The notes beneath the pieces were generated by a model. It worked only from the letters and a program-made list of their open reading frames with translations, ran no database searches and was not told the origin of the DNA. Below are positions 50,156 to 63,100 of a DNA stretch of 64,000 nt, in pieces (position 1 is the first letter of the stretch; the number at the start of each line of letters is the position of its first letter). A program made the position numbers and the translations under genes. This DNA is from Selaginella moellendorffii (taxonomy: Eukaryota; Plantae; Lycopodiophyta), in NCBI RefSeq assembly GCF_000143415.4, contig NW_003314366.1:524132-588131 (forward strand), read 5' to 3'.

Positions 50156-52054
50156 GTTCACACACAACTCTCCACCAAAGTTATTTTCTTTCGGGAACAC
50201 CTTTCCCATGACTTTAATATAACACATTCTGTCATTAATGAGATTCTCACTATTTTCATACTTTGATATTATGATCCTCCCCATCCTTTATGGGGTACAA
50301 TACACCTTAATCCAAATGCTTTTACCAATCCCTTAGGACCATTCTTTAACTCCACTTGAGTCATTCAACTTTTTGGACTTTGCTAATCTGACAACCCGTA
50401 AGGTCTTACTTTCGAGGTGCCAGCTCACTGGAATATAATTTTTTGTATTCATGTCCTACTTATAAGGACCATCTTTGTAAGTGTTACTTCAACATTTGAT
50501 TATTCTTTGTTCTATATGGGCTACTTTTGCCCCTTATGACTATCTATCTATATAATGAGAATACCGACTTATCCTTTAAATACACCCCTAACTCCTTAAG
50601 TTGTTCCAAGATTTATAAAAAGTAACCCTGGCTACCATTTCAAGGACTCATGTCCTCATCTATATTTAACCTCCCACGGTCATTAGTTTTGGTCTCAAAT
50701 TCATAAACACCAGTCTCAACTATTTGAGAATAATCTTGTGACTTCTTTATTGTTTTGGAATCTCTATCTTTCCCGTAATCCCAACTATAATTGTTTACCA
50801 CAACTACATTAGCCAATTTGTTAAGTCAAATGATCATCTGGATCACATCCTCAACTCTCTTAGGAAAACCTTATACTGTTCCCAAGATCCTAAAGTCGTT
50901 CTCTTATTGGCCCTTTTTTATCCACTACATTACTTACAAGGTCATATATGAACTGTAATGGAGAGTTATGTCCTTCTGAGCTGCTACTCCTCCTCAAAGA
51001 TAGGCCCACTCCTAGGACCTTTTGATGCCAACACAAGTAGTGATATACTTGACCACCAATAAAAGTTAGACTAAGGAATAATTTCAATACTTAATTGTAA
51101 GAGACTAAATTTTCCATTCTACTTTAGTCACTTAACCACACCTCCAACTATTTGGAGGAGTCTCACTCACAACCTACATAAGTTCTATTTTGGACTTAGG
51201 AACATGCTAGCCTTAAAAATGGCATCCACCTTTACACTTGGTCCAAGTGCTCCACATGTCCAATCCCATGATTGATACTTAAAGGTACCACCGACATATC
51301 AATCCATTACGTTAAGGCCATACCCATTCACCTTTGTCACACCAGTGATCCAATGGCCCCTACATCACAGTCCCATCTCTCAAAGACTGGGTCATTCGTC
51401 CATAAGTGATCATCCCAAATCCCCTCTTTAGCATTCTTAGAATGCCTGCAAACATGGGGAACAGCCTTCCCCAATATCCCTTTTTCAGTCCCCACCAAGT
51501 CCCTTTCCATCCATGACCGTGTTTGCCAACACTGCCACTAGGTCAAGACCCACAAACCCGACCACTATGTCCTATTGACCTCTAGAACTTCCTCACTATG
51601 TGACCGTATCCTTGGTCTCTACACCAAAGGATTGCTCCTCTTCTTTTCCATAGTTTGAGACTTTGGGACAACATTTTGGAACATTGTGGCTTTACACGAA
51701 TCTCATGGGTATTCTCCCCACCATCCACCTTTGGGTGCCCTAGCCAGGTGGCTAGAGTGAGGTTTTAATGAGCCACGCCAAATATCTAAGTAGATAGTGC
51801 ACATTTAGATTAGGAGCATCAACCATTTGATCTCCCAAGGGAGCTAGAGCCGGCTCTTGAACACTTCACCAAGCTACTCTGTTTATCTGTATGTATTCAA
51901 TCTAGCCTTGGACTTTCTAATGATTATATCATCACCCAACACATGGGTATAACCTTCCTTGGTCACAATAGCCTTTCCTGGCCAAATTGGTTCTATTGAA
52001 GTCCAAACCCCCACACTCTCCCTATTATACTTTTGGAAAAACCCTGCAACCCCC

Positions 52055-52450
52055 TGTAAGCGACTAAATTTTCCATTCTACTTTAGTCACTTAACCACAC
52101 CTCCGACCACTTGGAGGAGTCTCATTCACAACCTCCATAAGTCCAATCCAGGACTTGGGACTTGCTAGCCCCGAGAATGGCATCCATACCACTCAACATT
52201 TGCACTTGGTCCAAGTGCTCCACGTGTCCGATCCCATGACCGACACTCAAAGGTACCACTGACATGGCAGCCCGTTACGCTAAGGCCATGCCCAATCACC
52301 TTTGCCACACTGGTAGTCCATTACCACTTGCATCACAGTCTTGGCTCTCCAAGACTAGGCAAACCATCCGTGAGTGGTCATCTGAGATCCACTCCTTAGC
52401 ATCCTTAGGATGCCCACCGACATGGGGATTAGCCTTCCCCAATATCTCCA
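52055..52450 (-). mobile_element. Family-B LTR 3' fragment nested in another family-B LTR and cut by the DNA transposon
   Basis: tgtaagcgactaaattttcc at 52055; homology stops abruptly at ~52450. Confidence 0.75.
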
Positions 52451-53112
52451 TTAAGCTCTATTTCGTTAAAGTGGGATTTATTCAGTAAAATGGGACTAGG
52501 TACAAATTTTCAAGTATTTGAAAATGACGTGAAATTATATGTTTTTTGTCCAGGGGCTAGACATATCTGGGGCATGGTGACTAGCGCGGTGACTTTGTGT
52601 CCATACTGAGTCCATCTGGTTGTATAATAAATCTCATTGTCAAGGTGAACAAGCCGAATCTGAAGCTAAAGAAGAGCGATGGTATGCACGCACACATTAT
52701 TTGTTTGTTCATTGAGCGTGTGGTGAGCTTTCCAAGATGAACGTCATTCCTATTAGCTAGACATATAACTTAATGGTGAGAACATTTAGATATTATTCAA
52801 TGTTATCTTTTTCTATCGAATCTAATTGTGAAGGTGTAGCAAGAGGCATTGCTAGTCTGGAGAAGTCGTTTAACTCATTTGACCCTTAGTGTATTTTCAT
52901 GAAACTAAATAGCATTCATATTATTAAGGAATTTCTCTAGTACCTTTTTTTTACGACATAGAGGCTTGCATTTCTTTCAAAGGTGATTTAGTAAAAGGCC
53001 TGAGGGCACATGCCATTCTATTTCTCAGACCGGTATTAAGATATACTAGTGCAAAGGGAAAAAGGTATTTGGTGATCAAGTAAATGGCATGAGGGCACAC
53101 GCCATTATAAGC

Positions 53113-53370
53113 CTAAGCGCTAGTGGACACCTCCTTTTTGGTACTCTCAGCGGTACTATCATCCTTCTCCGGGTCAGTTGTTTTGCTTTGGATTGTTGTC
53201 TCTGACGTTACTGGGGCGTTCTCGATAGTTGTTAATGTTGCCGTTTGTTCAGAAAAATGATCACCTGGAGTATAGTACGGGGAGTTTGGAAGACTTATAT
53301 ATTCTACATCTTCACCTATCTCCTTCTCCGTCTCCTTTTCTGCCTCACTTACAGATTTTGTGCTTGCCAT
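53113..53370 (-). CDS. Possible small acidic, Ser/Thr-rich protein (85 aa) inside the DNA transposon
   Basis: ATG 53370 MASTKSVSEAEKETE...; open frame in AT-rich surroundings; no recognisable domain. Confidence 0.3.
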   Translation of the reverse strand: MASTKSVSEAEKETEKEIGEDVEYISLPNSPYYTPGDHFSEQTATLTTIENAPVTSETTIQSKTTDPEKDDSTAESTKKEVSTSA

Positions 53371-54083
53371 GAGAACGCTCTTCACCCTAAAATATGGAGT
53401 TCGTTGTGTTATAAAAGGAAACCAACACACACGCTGCAAGGGAATGATGGTACATAAAGCACGTAAGCCCACAATATGGGTTTATGTGCCATTAATATGG
53501 GCCACACGCCATATTATTAGATTTATGCACGTGTGATTGGTAAATGCATATGTCACATCATCTTTGTTTTACCTCACACACTATATCAGGCTTAATGAAC
53601 CATATCACATGTGCGCACATGCTATATATATGGAGAAGTATTATGCAAGGATAGAAAAATTCAATGCATGATTGTGGAGAGCAATGGCATGAAGCCACAT
53701 GCTAAATAACATTTTAGATAAAGAATTAAAATAAAAACATGCAAACAGTACTAAGTGGACCAAGACTTAGAAGTGCACAATTGAATGAGGTATTTCTAAT
53801 AAATATTTCACTCACCTCATATAGGAATGGCTACCACTCTCAAATGGCGTATCGCCTCATGCCATCACCTCGCAATTTGTTATAACAATCCGATGAATTC
53901 ATATTCGGCTTGTTCACCTTGAACTTTAAGTAAGATTTGCTAGAACAACTAAGAATTTATACTTGTTATTTGTATCATCTCACCTAGGAATGGCGTAAGG
54001 CCACATGCCATCACGCCTCCTCTGATTCAGATTCGGATTGTTCACCTTGAAATAAAATACATTAGAAACTTAGTAAAGGAATA

Positions 54084-57000
54084 TTAATGAATCTCACCTT
54101 GAACCCGGGTTATGAATGCTCTTGCTGCATCTCTTGCATGGTCTGGCAAGGTGATGGTGGCACTCTGCTTCCGCATCCAACCATGCACAACATTATCCAC
54201 CAATATGCTCATGCTGGGATCCCTTGGATTCAACACCCATCTCTTTTCTAGGCAATCCTTCGTATATCCGGAACTTGGCTTGAACCACTCCACAGTTACA
54301 TTGAAGGAGTTAGTTTCTGCGTCCTCCTCTGCATCAGTGATGCAGCGCCCCACCCATATCATTTGTTTTTTATTACTGGGTCTGACAAGCACGACCATTC
54401 CTTTGCAGACCTGTACTGGATTGAATGTTGAATCCGGCTTCTTGTTCCTCGGCCCACAATAATGATCCTCAACATCGTTATCTGTCACTGCATTTCCAGA
54501 GGACATTGTTCCGCTACTATCTGGTGCTCTGGGTTCTGGCCAAAAGGACTCTTCCAATTCTTCATATACAACCGGCCCATTTTGGATAGCAGATATAATC
54601 TTCTCCCAGTATTCGAGCAAAGGCTTGCACCTCTGAAAATAGGATTCTCCACCAAACACCAACCCCCTCTTCCAGAAGGCAATATGCTGTCTAATCCCGG
54701 CCACTATACTTTCCTGGTCTTTGAGTCCATCCGGGTGCATCGGCCGTGGGGAACCCTGAGGAATCATAGGTTCCCCAGTTATGGGATCTCTCTTGAAGAG
54801 TTCAATGCCGTCCACTGGCAGCCACACTGTGTCCCATTCTCTCATCTTGTACCTCATCGCTGGAGCACCGTCACGCATGCTGAAATGAAACTGAAGAGGC
54901 TTGGAGTGGCCAATCAGCATTTCGGATCCGTCCCTGATGTAGCCTCTTACAAACCCCTTAAAGTCTGGAACCTCTGTCAGAAGTGCAGCTTCAACAGTGC
55001 CTTTGATGCAATTTTGGAATTCATCGTAGAGTTGTGGGAGGGTGAGGACATTGGATCGCCGGAGGGACTCTGCCAGGTGACTGAACATGGCATCCACGTC
55101 TTCATGAGTGTGCCCAACCATGAGAAAGCCAAGTGTAACCGTTTCAAATATGCCTTTGGCAACAAGCATCGCCAAGTACGCGAAGACGTACATGGTTTTG
55201 TTCTCACTGCCAGCATTGTCTGTTTGGAGCAGAAGATGGGGTGGAAGGCCACATCGGCCGCAAGAACTTCCTTGAGATTCTGCTTCGTTTGGATGAGGCT
55301 GTGCATTCACCGGGCGACCAGCCTCGTCGGAATGGCATGAGGCCTCACGTGATAACCCTACAATCTGACGGCCAACATATTCACTGGGATGGCATGGGGC
55401 CCCACGCGATACTGCAAGCCTTTGCTCCTCCTCCAGCTAAACCCTGTATAGGGTTCGATCGACAAGGGCTTTATGCAAGGGTTGGCCGTTCAGCTCAGTC
55501 TGCGCACTTTGCAGAGACCTTAAGTGTTTTGCTAGGGACGCAATCATCATGTTTGCACCCCCGCCACCCCATAGAGGTACAAAGAAGTTCCCATAGTTCT
55601 GGGCACCATGCCCATGAGCGATTATGCCAAACAGAGACACAGGCAGCTGCATGGATGAAGAGATTGCCTTGGGGGTAGGATTGAGTCGAGGTAAGCACGT
55701 CTTTTTCTGGTCCATTTTGTCGTGGATGATGCAGAGGTAAGAGTCAGGTCTCTCCATGGAGAGAATCCTGTTATGATAATATGCAGTCCTGCAGCTTCTC
55801 TGCTCGATGTTGTGGTCGAGCCGCCTTCTAACCAACGTCTCTCACTCTTGAGCGCTGCAAGAATTCTTCGACAAAGCCATTTTAATAGCAGTGCACTCGT
55901 CACACTTTGAAAAGCTGGAGTACTTTCCTATACTCACATCCCTGAACCTGTTGCTCCACAATCTACTAAATCTAGATTGGCTCAGCTTCCTGTAGCCATT
56001 ACTCTGGAGTTCCCGATTCACATCTTCCAATATGGCCCCCTTGGTATACATGGAAGGGAGAACTCGTTGGGTGTCTCGTGTTCCATCTTCCAAGAGGCGG
56101 GTTTTATGTGGTTGCTGCTCGCTACATGTCTCGACAAACCTCTTGAAGATTGCCTCTCCATATACAACATGACCCCTGGTTTTGTGCGTACCGTCGTTCC
56201 CATGGACTGCCTGTTGAACCCTTTGTTCCTCGAACTCAGTTTTGATTCTATAGAATGTGGTTCGAGGGACTCCATAAATGATTCTCCATGCCTTCATGCA
56301 GACCAAACCCCTCTGGAAGACCATGCCCCCCACCTGATGTTCTGAAGCATCAACAGATGACCGTAATGCCTCATACACAAAATTGCGAGCTGCCTTCCAG
56401 GACAATGTCTTGTATCTTGCTCTCTCCTCTTCAATAGCATCCCAATCAGCATGTTGACAGCACCTCCTCTTGCAACAAGCAACTGTTGAGACCATTCGAA
56501 CCTCCATCGCCATTTTCTGCCTTTTCGGTTCGTTGCTCAGATCCCTTTGGCTGCGCTTTAGGAAGGTGTACTTTCTTTTCCCATGAAGAGATGTTCTGTC
56601 ATCAGTTGTAGTGGTGTTTGATTGTGAATCCTTCACATTCTCAAACACTAAGTGCCTCAATTTCCACCGCACAATGCTTCCAATAGTCAGACTGTTTTCT
56701 TCTGTGTCAACAACCTCTAAAATCGCAACTCCAATATCATCCCAGCCCAATTCTTGATTAGCAACCGCATCTCTTGGATCGACAACTGTGGCTAAGCCCT
56801 CAGCTACCACCTCCCCCTCGGGGTTGTTTAGAAACACCTTTGCCTGAATCCATGTAGCACGGTTCTTAAGATCCACGGAGGGAACATGCGTCGCACTTGC
56901 GCTGTCCCCAACATCTGCTTTCTTCTGAAGATTTTTCAAGGCAACAACAACATTTACCCCGACGACCATCTCTCCTCGTTCAATAGCGACCACATTCCCA

Positions 57001-57152
57001 TCGAAGACAGTCTCTACTGATACAGCAGCATTGCCTTCCCCAAGCCTTTGACAGTGTATAACAAAGTTCCGATCCATAGACACAAAGGTCCCTTTTGCAA
57101 CTCTCTTCCCACCATTCAAAATGTAAACCTTTTCCCCAACCCTGAAGGCCAT
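54084..57152 (-). pseudogene. DDD-type transposase of the DUF7869/Sola1-like group; one premature TGA, one intron
   Basis: FSKCDEC; IIHDKMDQKK; LQTDNAGSENK; FLMVGHTHEDVDAMFS; ORFs 55842-57152 and 55437-55835 are in one frame across a single TGA; phase-0 intron from 55442 to ~55323 or ~55299 joins 54084-55310. Confidence 0.8.
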
Positions 57153-57518
57153 TCTGAAAGTGCAGAAAAGAAGTTAAGACCATACAAAAAATGATTGGAG
57201 AATGGCCTAAATCATAACATACCAAACAACCTCAATAGCATGAGGCCACATGCCATTATTCAAACATGCTATTGACACCCACGTGAAATTTCGCATTCAC
57301 AAAATTGGCATGAGGCCTCATGCCATCTTGATATACACACAGCTGCAGGCAAGTAAAAACATACATGACAATACGCTAGCCATGAAATTGCAAGGGCCCA
57401 AGATGGCATGTGGCCTCATGCCATTTCTAAATGTGGTCCTAAGCCATTCCATGGTGAACATACCAGGAAGCACAAGTGCCGAATATCAAGAGGAAGCGGT
57501 AGCCACACCAAAGACAGT

Positions 57519-57650
57519 GCCGCTCGCAACACCGCAACTACTCGTAGCGCCGCTCGCAACACCGCAACTGCTCGTAGCGCCGCTCGCACAAACTGCCACT
57601 CGCATAAACTGCCGCTCGCAATGGCGCTCGCAATGCCGCAACCGCTCGTA
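57519..57650. repeat. 30-bp GC-rich tandem repeat upstream of the transposase
   Basis: GCCGCTCGCAACACCGCAACTRCTCGTAGC x2 plus degenerate copies. Confidence 0.8.
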
Positions 57651-59718
57651 GACGCATAAACCACAGCCCACAACGCCGCTTACACAAGCAGCGCTCACTG
57701 CGCTCAGCGGAACCAAGAACACGGCGCACAAAAATGATAGACCTAGGAATGAGTTCGAGAATTCAAAAATAACACACGCTTGAACGTCACATCAAATCCT
57801 CTGACAAACCAGATCTTATGATTCCTCTGACAAATTTCAAACTGAGTAGCTTCTAGACTTTGCTGTCGGAGGTTGAACTTTGTCACATCATGTCCTTGCC
57901 TCGATCTAGCTGTGCCATGTCAGTGATTCGAACTTTGCCATGCCATGTCAGCGATCCGCGCCAAGATTATTCGACGTGTAAAGGAATAATTATGCTGTGT
58001 GTGTACGTCCATTTATGGCAATATAAGGCCACACGCCATTCAAAGAATAATGCTCGACATAAGGCCACACGCCATTCAAAGAATAATGCTAGTCGAGCAT
58101 TTTTTGGTGCATTTCTGGGTTCAAAATTGCATGAGCCCACACGCTATAAAGTTTACCTGTACCAAAAATAGAAACAGCTTTATTTACTTGGGAATTTAAG
58201 TGGTTGAGGCATTTTTAAACTTACAAACACATGCCCTACTTACATTCCTTTGGTTGCTTAAAATTCAAAAATATTATAAACCTTTCTTTTTGCATTTTTA
58301 ATGTTTTCAATTATGGTTTTTGATTTTCGTAGGACCAGCCTAGTAATCTATTTGCATCCCGTCATGTTTATAGCTAGCTTTCGTTTGTCCCCTTCGCTAG
58401 CCTGAGATACATCTGCTCGGCATCTGCCTCTTACAGCATTTGCCCAGAAAGGGCATCTTTCTTCACGCAGCATTTGCCACATGTTTAGGGTTTAGGGTTT
58501 AGCAATTCAGTAGCTTGATAAACATGCAAATACAGAACTTGATGCAAAATCCTTTGATATGTCACAATGCCCCTAGGACCATAAACACATTTCAATAGAG
58601 AGGGTCCTTTCATTTCATAACTCCTTACGTAGATCTTGGTGAAACCAGAGTTAGTGAAGTTAGTTTCTTGTGATCCTGCATCTGATTGTGATGTCCCTTT
58701 GCAGTGTCGATGGAAAGGTCAATGCACACCAAACTGTAAAATCTTGGAGAAAAATAACGGTCGGATCTATGGCAAATGCCCCTGAAACATTGTAAGGCTC
58801 GTGTGGTCTCATGTGGTGTCCGATCGAGATGCTTCTTTGCAGAGTCATCAAGAAAGACATTGTATACCATTCTGTAAAATCTAGTTGCGATCTAACGGTT
58901 GGATCTCCAGAAAACTCAAAAAAATCTCGCACGTGTCAGAATATTCTAGGAATATACTCCTATGTGCCCCTGAAAATGGCATGCGGCCCCACGCCATTCA
59001 AGAGATAACGCCAGATGACGCCGAGAATTTTTTGGTGCATTTTTTGGGTTCAAAATTGCATGAGCCCACACGCTATAAAGTTTATCTTTGCCAAATAGAG
59101 AAAAGTTTATCTGTGTCATGTGAGGTAGTTACAGTCCTTTGTGCTCGGCATCTGCCTCTTGCAGCATTTGCACTGAAAGGGAATTTTTCTCCATTCAGCA
59201 TTTGGCCCTGAAAATGGCATGCGCCCACACGCCATTCAAGGAATAACGCCATAGGACGCCTGGATTTTTGGGTTTAAAATGTTTAGGGTTTTTTGGGTTT
59301 TTTCAAAATATTTTGGGTCCAACGTTTTTTGGGTTTCTTTGGTTCAAAATTGCATGAGCCCACATGCTATAATATTGATTTGAGAGAAAAATAGAAATAG
59401 ATAGAATTTCTTTATTTAGCTGAACATCTGCCATTTTTGGAAATACAAGATGCTTTGGAATATCCAATCATGCATGGTATAAATATAGCGAGGGTATTAA
59501 ATGATATCCCAATCATGATCTTTCTTTTGGATTTCGCGTGCATGTAGTCCGAGGAATGATGACGTTGCGGATTTCTTTTGGATTTTGCATGCTTGCATGC
59601 GCACGGCAATCCAGAAATTAATGGTGGCGCCCAAGTCCGAGGAATGATGACGTGGCGGGATTACCAACCATTGTGACATTTCGCGCGTGTGAGGTTAGGT
59701 TTTGCATTTTGCTTCATA

Positions 59719-59912
59719 CTCGCGCTCGCACACTCGCGCTCGCGCTCGCATCACACTCGTGCTCGCGCTCGCATCACACTCGCGCTCGCATCGCGCTCCC
59801 ACTCGCGATCACGCTCATATTTGCGCCTTCTCTACAGGTTTCTCGTGTGCATCGGCGTCCACTCGCGCTTGCATCACACTCGCGCTCGCATCGCGCTCGT
59901 GTGCATCGGCGT
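59719..59912. repeat. CG-rich tandem repeat upstream of the ParB-like gene
   Basis: Repeated CTCGCGCTCGCATCACA units. Confidence 0.8.
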
Positions 59913-60110
59913 CCACTTTTGTAACTTCGCCGCCAACTCCGCCGCCCACTCCGCCACCCACACGCAGCCCACTTGGCGTCCCGGGAGATTTCAGCGCCAC
60001 TCTCCAACTGTAAGTGGCAGAGTAGCCTTGCTGCTACGATCCGCTGCACACACAGTGCACATTTGCCAGCGAGTCCGGCCTCGATTGTCACGGCCTCCAT
60101 TCGGCTTCAA

Positions 60111-63100
60111 ATGGTAAGTCTTTTAGGCCAAGTAGAAAATGGCATGAGGCCACATGCCATTCATTAGCAACATTGGCATGCACCGATTGGGCTCTCGAGT
60201 GCAGTCCAGTTACAGATGGCGTGTAGCCTCACGCCATCTTAGGATGTAGCCTCAAGACATCTGATGCAGTGGTGAATGGCGTGTGGCCTCACGTTATTTC
60301 CAGCTGCTAGCTTTTCATCTGTCAGCTCTAATTGTTGTGCATTTCTGAACAGGCGAGGAATTGCGTTCTTCTTCCAGCCACTGTCAATGTGGATGCAGAG
60401 AAGGGGGAGGAGCTCACCAGTTGGACTTTCGGGATGGAAGGCGAGGATCTGATGCTGTACAACACAGATGGTGGGAGAAAAGAATGCATGGGGATCCTCA
60501 TCCAAGTGACAGACACTCCATGCAGTTCCATGCAAGAATATGGACTGGCACTTGTGGTAGAGACAGCGTCCGCCTTCAAGATCCACCTTGCACATCCTAG
60601 CGGCTTCCCGGAGGGGGGCAGCGGCTATGAGGTATTCCTAGAGGGAGCTAGGGAGAGGTTGTCCAGGAGGCCCACAATTTCAAAGACGCTGCGGGTTTAT
60701 GAAGATCACATGGAATCCACGGACCTCACCTACGGCGATGTTCAAAAACTATATTCCAACATTGAGCCGTTGAGAGTGCCTCCAGTTTGCGAAGCGAAGG
60801 GGAAGGGGGTCGATCTGGAAACTACCCCGAAGCAGAAAAGGGTGGTCAAGCTCAAGCCGACGTCCGACTCTGCTGCTCCAAAAAAGAAGCTACTCGGTGA
60901 TGCCATTGCCTCGGGTTCGAACACTACACCCACCAAAAAGAAGAGCCGCAAAGAGCAGAAAGAGCAAGAAGAGGCAGCAAAAATCGTCGCAGATAATAGT
61001 ACTTGTTACTATTCCAACAAAGTATATACAATCGACGTGAGCCGTATCGAGATCCAAAGCAAATACAACCACAGGCTAGTATCTGATGAGTGGGTGGAGA
61101 AACTGAAGCAGAAGATGCTGGCAAGTCCAGTAACACCCGACATCGCAGACGTGATCCCCTACTACCGAACAATGAAGGGCGAGACGAGGTTTCCAGACTT
61201 GATCAATAGGAAGGTGTTGGACGATCAGAACGTCCGGTTCTATGCCGTCTCCGGGCAGCATTCTAGCTTGGCGATGCAACAGATAGTTGTGGATATTATG
61301 GTGGGCGAGGAGGTGAAGAAAGTCTTCAAGACAAGAGTTGTCCGCCTGATAAAAGGCAACTCGCCCCTCCGATCTATCATATACATCTCCCACGCGCAGA
61401 ATGTCAAGCAAGAAACGTGCTACAAATTGGGTCTGCACGAGACATTGGCACGAACACGGAAGCTCTGGGTTCAACTGAAGAAGCCACAAAAACCAGGACA
61501 AGGACGTGCACTAGCAACTAGCGCATGGCAGGTAAGCCTCGTTGCATGTGGCATAGCATGTGGCCTCACGCCATTTCCATTGCAGGAATTCTCGAGTCTT
61601 CTCTCAAAAACACTGGGGGTCAATGACACACTCAGCATCCATAACATTCTACTCGCGACAAAAGTTGTTTTTGACAAATGGGTAGATGTGCTGAGGAAGT
61701 ACCATGACGGGGAGTTGCTAAACTCAATGGGTGTGGAGGACGGCCGGAAGCCCAATGATTTGAAGCTCAACGCCTTGCGTTTCTCGCGGTCTCTAGACGA
61801 CGACGACCTTCTGACAGTGGCTAATGCTCTTCTACGTGGTGAGGTAGTCTTCAACAAGACCAAAATGACTCCCGGCCATATTGTGACATACGAGGACTTG
61901 TGCACGACTCTGAGAGCTCGTGCGCTATTGAAGGATTGGATCTTCGAGCAAGTGGCCGTGGAGAGGGTGAGCATCGACACCACGCAAGAGATGATGGAAG
62001 AGCTGGACTTGTCAAATGAAGACATCGACGACTACGTGAAGGGGGCTCCCAAGTTCATCGATCTGCTGCGGGATGCCACAAAAAGTAAAGCTGAGAAGTT
62101 GGATCAGTATCCAAATTTCATTAAGAGGGATGTGGACCGCCGGCTTCAGAAACAGCTCGACCCCGCAGCAGAGGCCTATCGAGAACCTTACCGGGTATAC
62201 GTGAATTCGGATGAGGATCAAAGGTGGAGGAGCATCGTTTCCCGCGGAGATGAGCAGGTCAAGAACATCTTTTGTGTGATGGACTTCACAAACGAGGAGA
62301 TCACTCATGCAGACGAAGTCAGCTCCATCATTGACTTAATGGTGGGACTTGCGGAGGTGGAATCTTCAGTCCACTATATGATCTACGACTTCGAATCCTA
62401 TCACAAGTTCTGGAAGGCCTTGAACGAGGTGAAGGCTTGGTTGAAAGGCAAGGAGATGCAGGAGATCCATGGTATAATGGCTAAGAAGAAGATACCGACG
62501 AATGTCCGCATCTTCACACTCGCCCTTGTTATTGGTCCTGCAGCAGAGTGGGACTGGAGTGACTTCCCAGCTTCGTTCGACAAGGCCGATCGAATTGATC
62601 TGAGGGAGGTCAATTTACCCGTGCCTGAGGAACTGAAGACGGCTATGGAGCTTTCGAATCCAAAGAAAGCTCCAGGTGCAGCATGGGAAATGCTCAGCTG
62701 GGTCTTCAACGCAATAGCGGGTGACTCCAAGGGCAAATGCGTTGTCGAGTACAACTGCGGCGGACTATTCTTTCGAGCCGCACTACTCAAGGGTGTCCCG
62801 TGTGTTGCGGTGACAAACTCTATTGAAGAGGTGACTTCAATGGAGCATATAATTACAGTTGCCAAAGAAAAACAGTATCTTCTCTACGAACCTGGTGAGT
62901 ACGCACTTTAAGTTTAAATGTTATCTCACAAGCTCTGTATGCAGGAGCGTGGCCACCCCCAGATGCTGAAACGGCGTTAACAGCTACTGTTGGGCCGAGC
63001 TCACAACCTGCACAAGGTAAGGTCACGTGAGGCCTCACGCCATTTTGATTATAGATCGTTGTGAATATTCAGACACGAGGACTGAAAAGCGCACTGGTGG

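Larger units (their letters stand above)
41632..52054 (-). mobile_element. Old deleted family-B element hosting copy 2
   Basis: LTR pieces at 41632-41955 and 51096-52054; internal sequence continuous across the copy 2 insertion (compare 29030-29060). Confidence 0.6.

Noticed and set aside
54462-55340. 292-aa antisense ORF over the transposase
   Set aside because: No recognisable motifs; shadow of the coding strand
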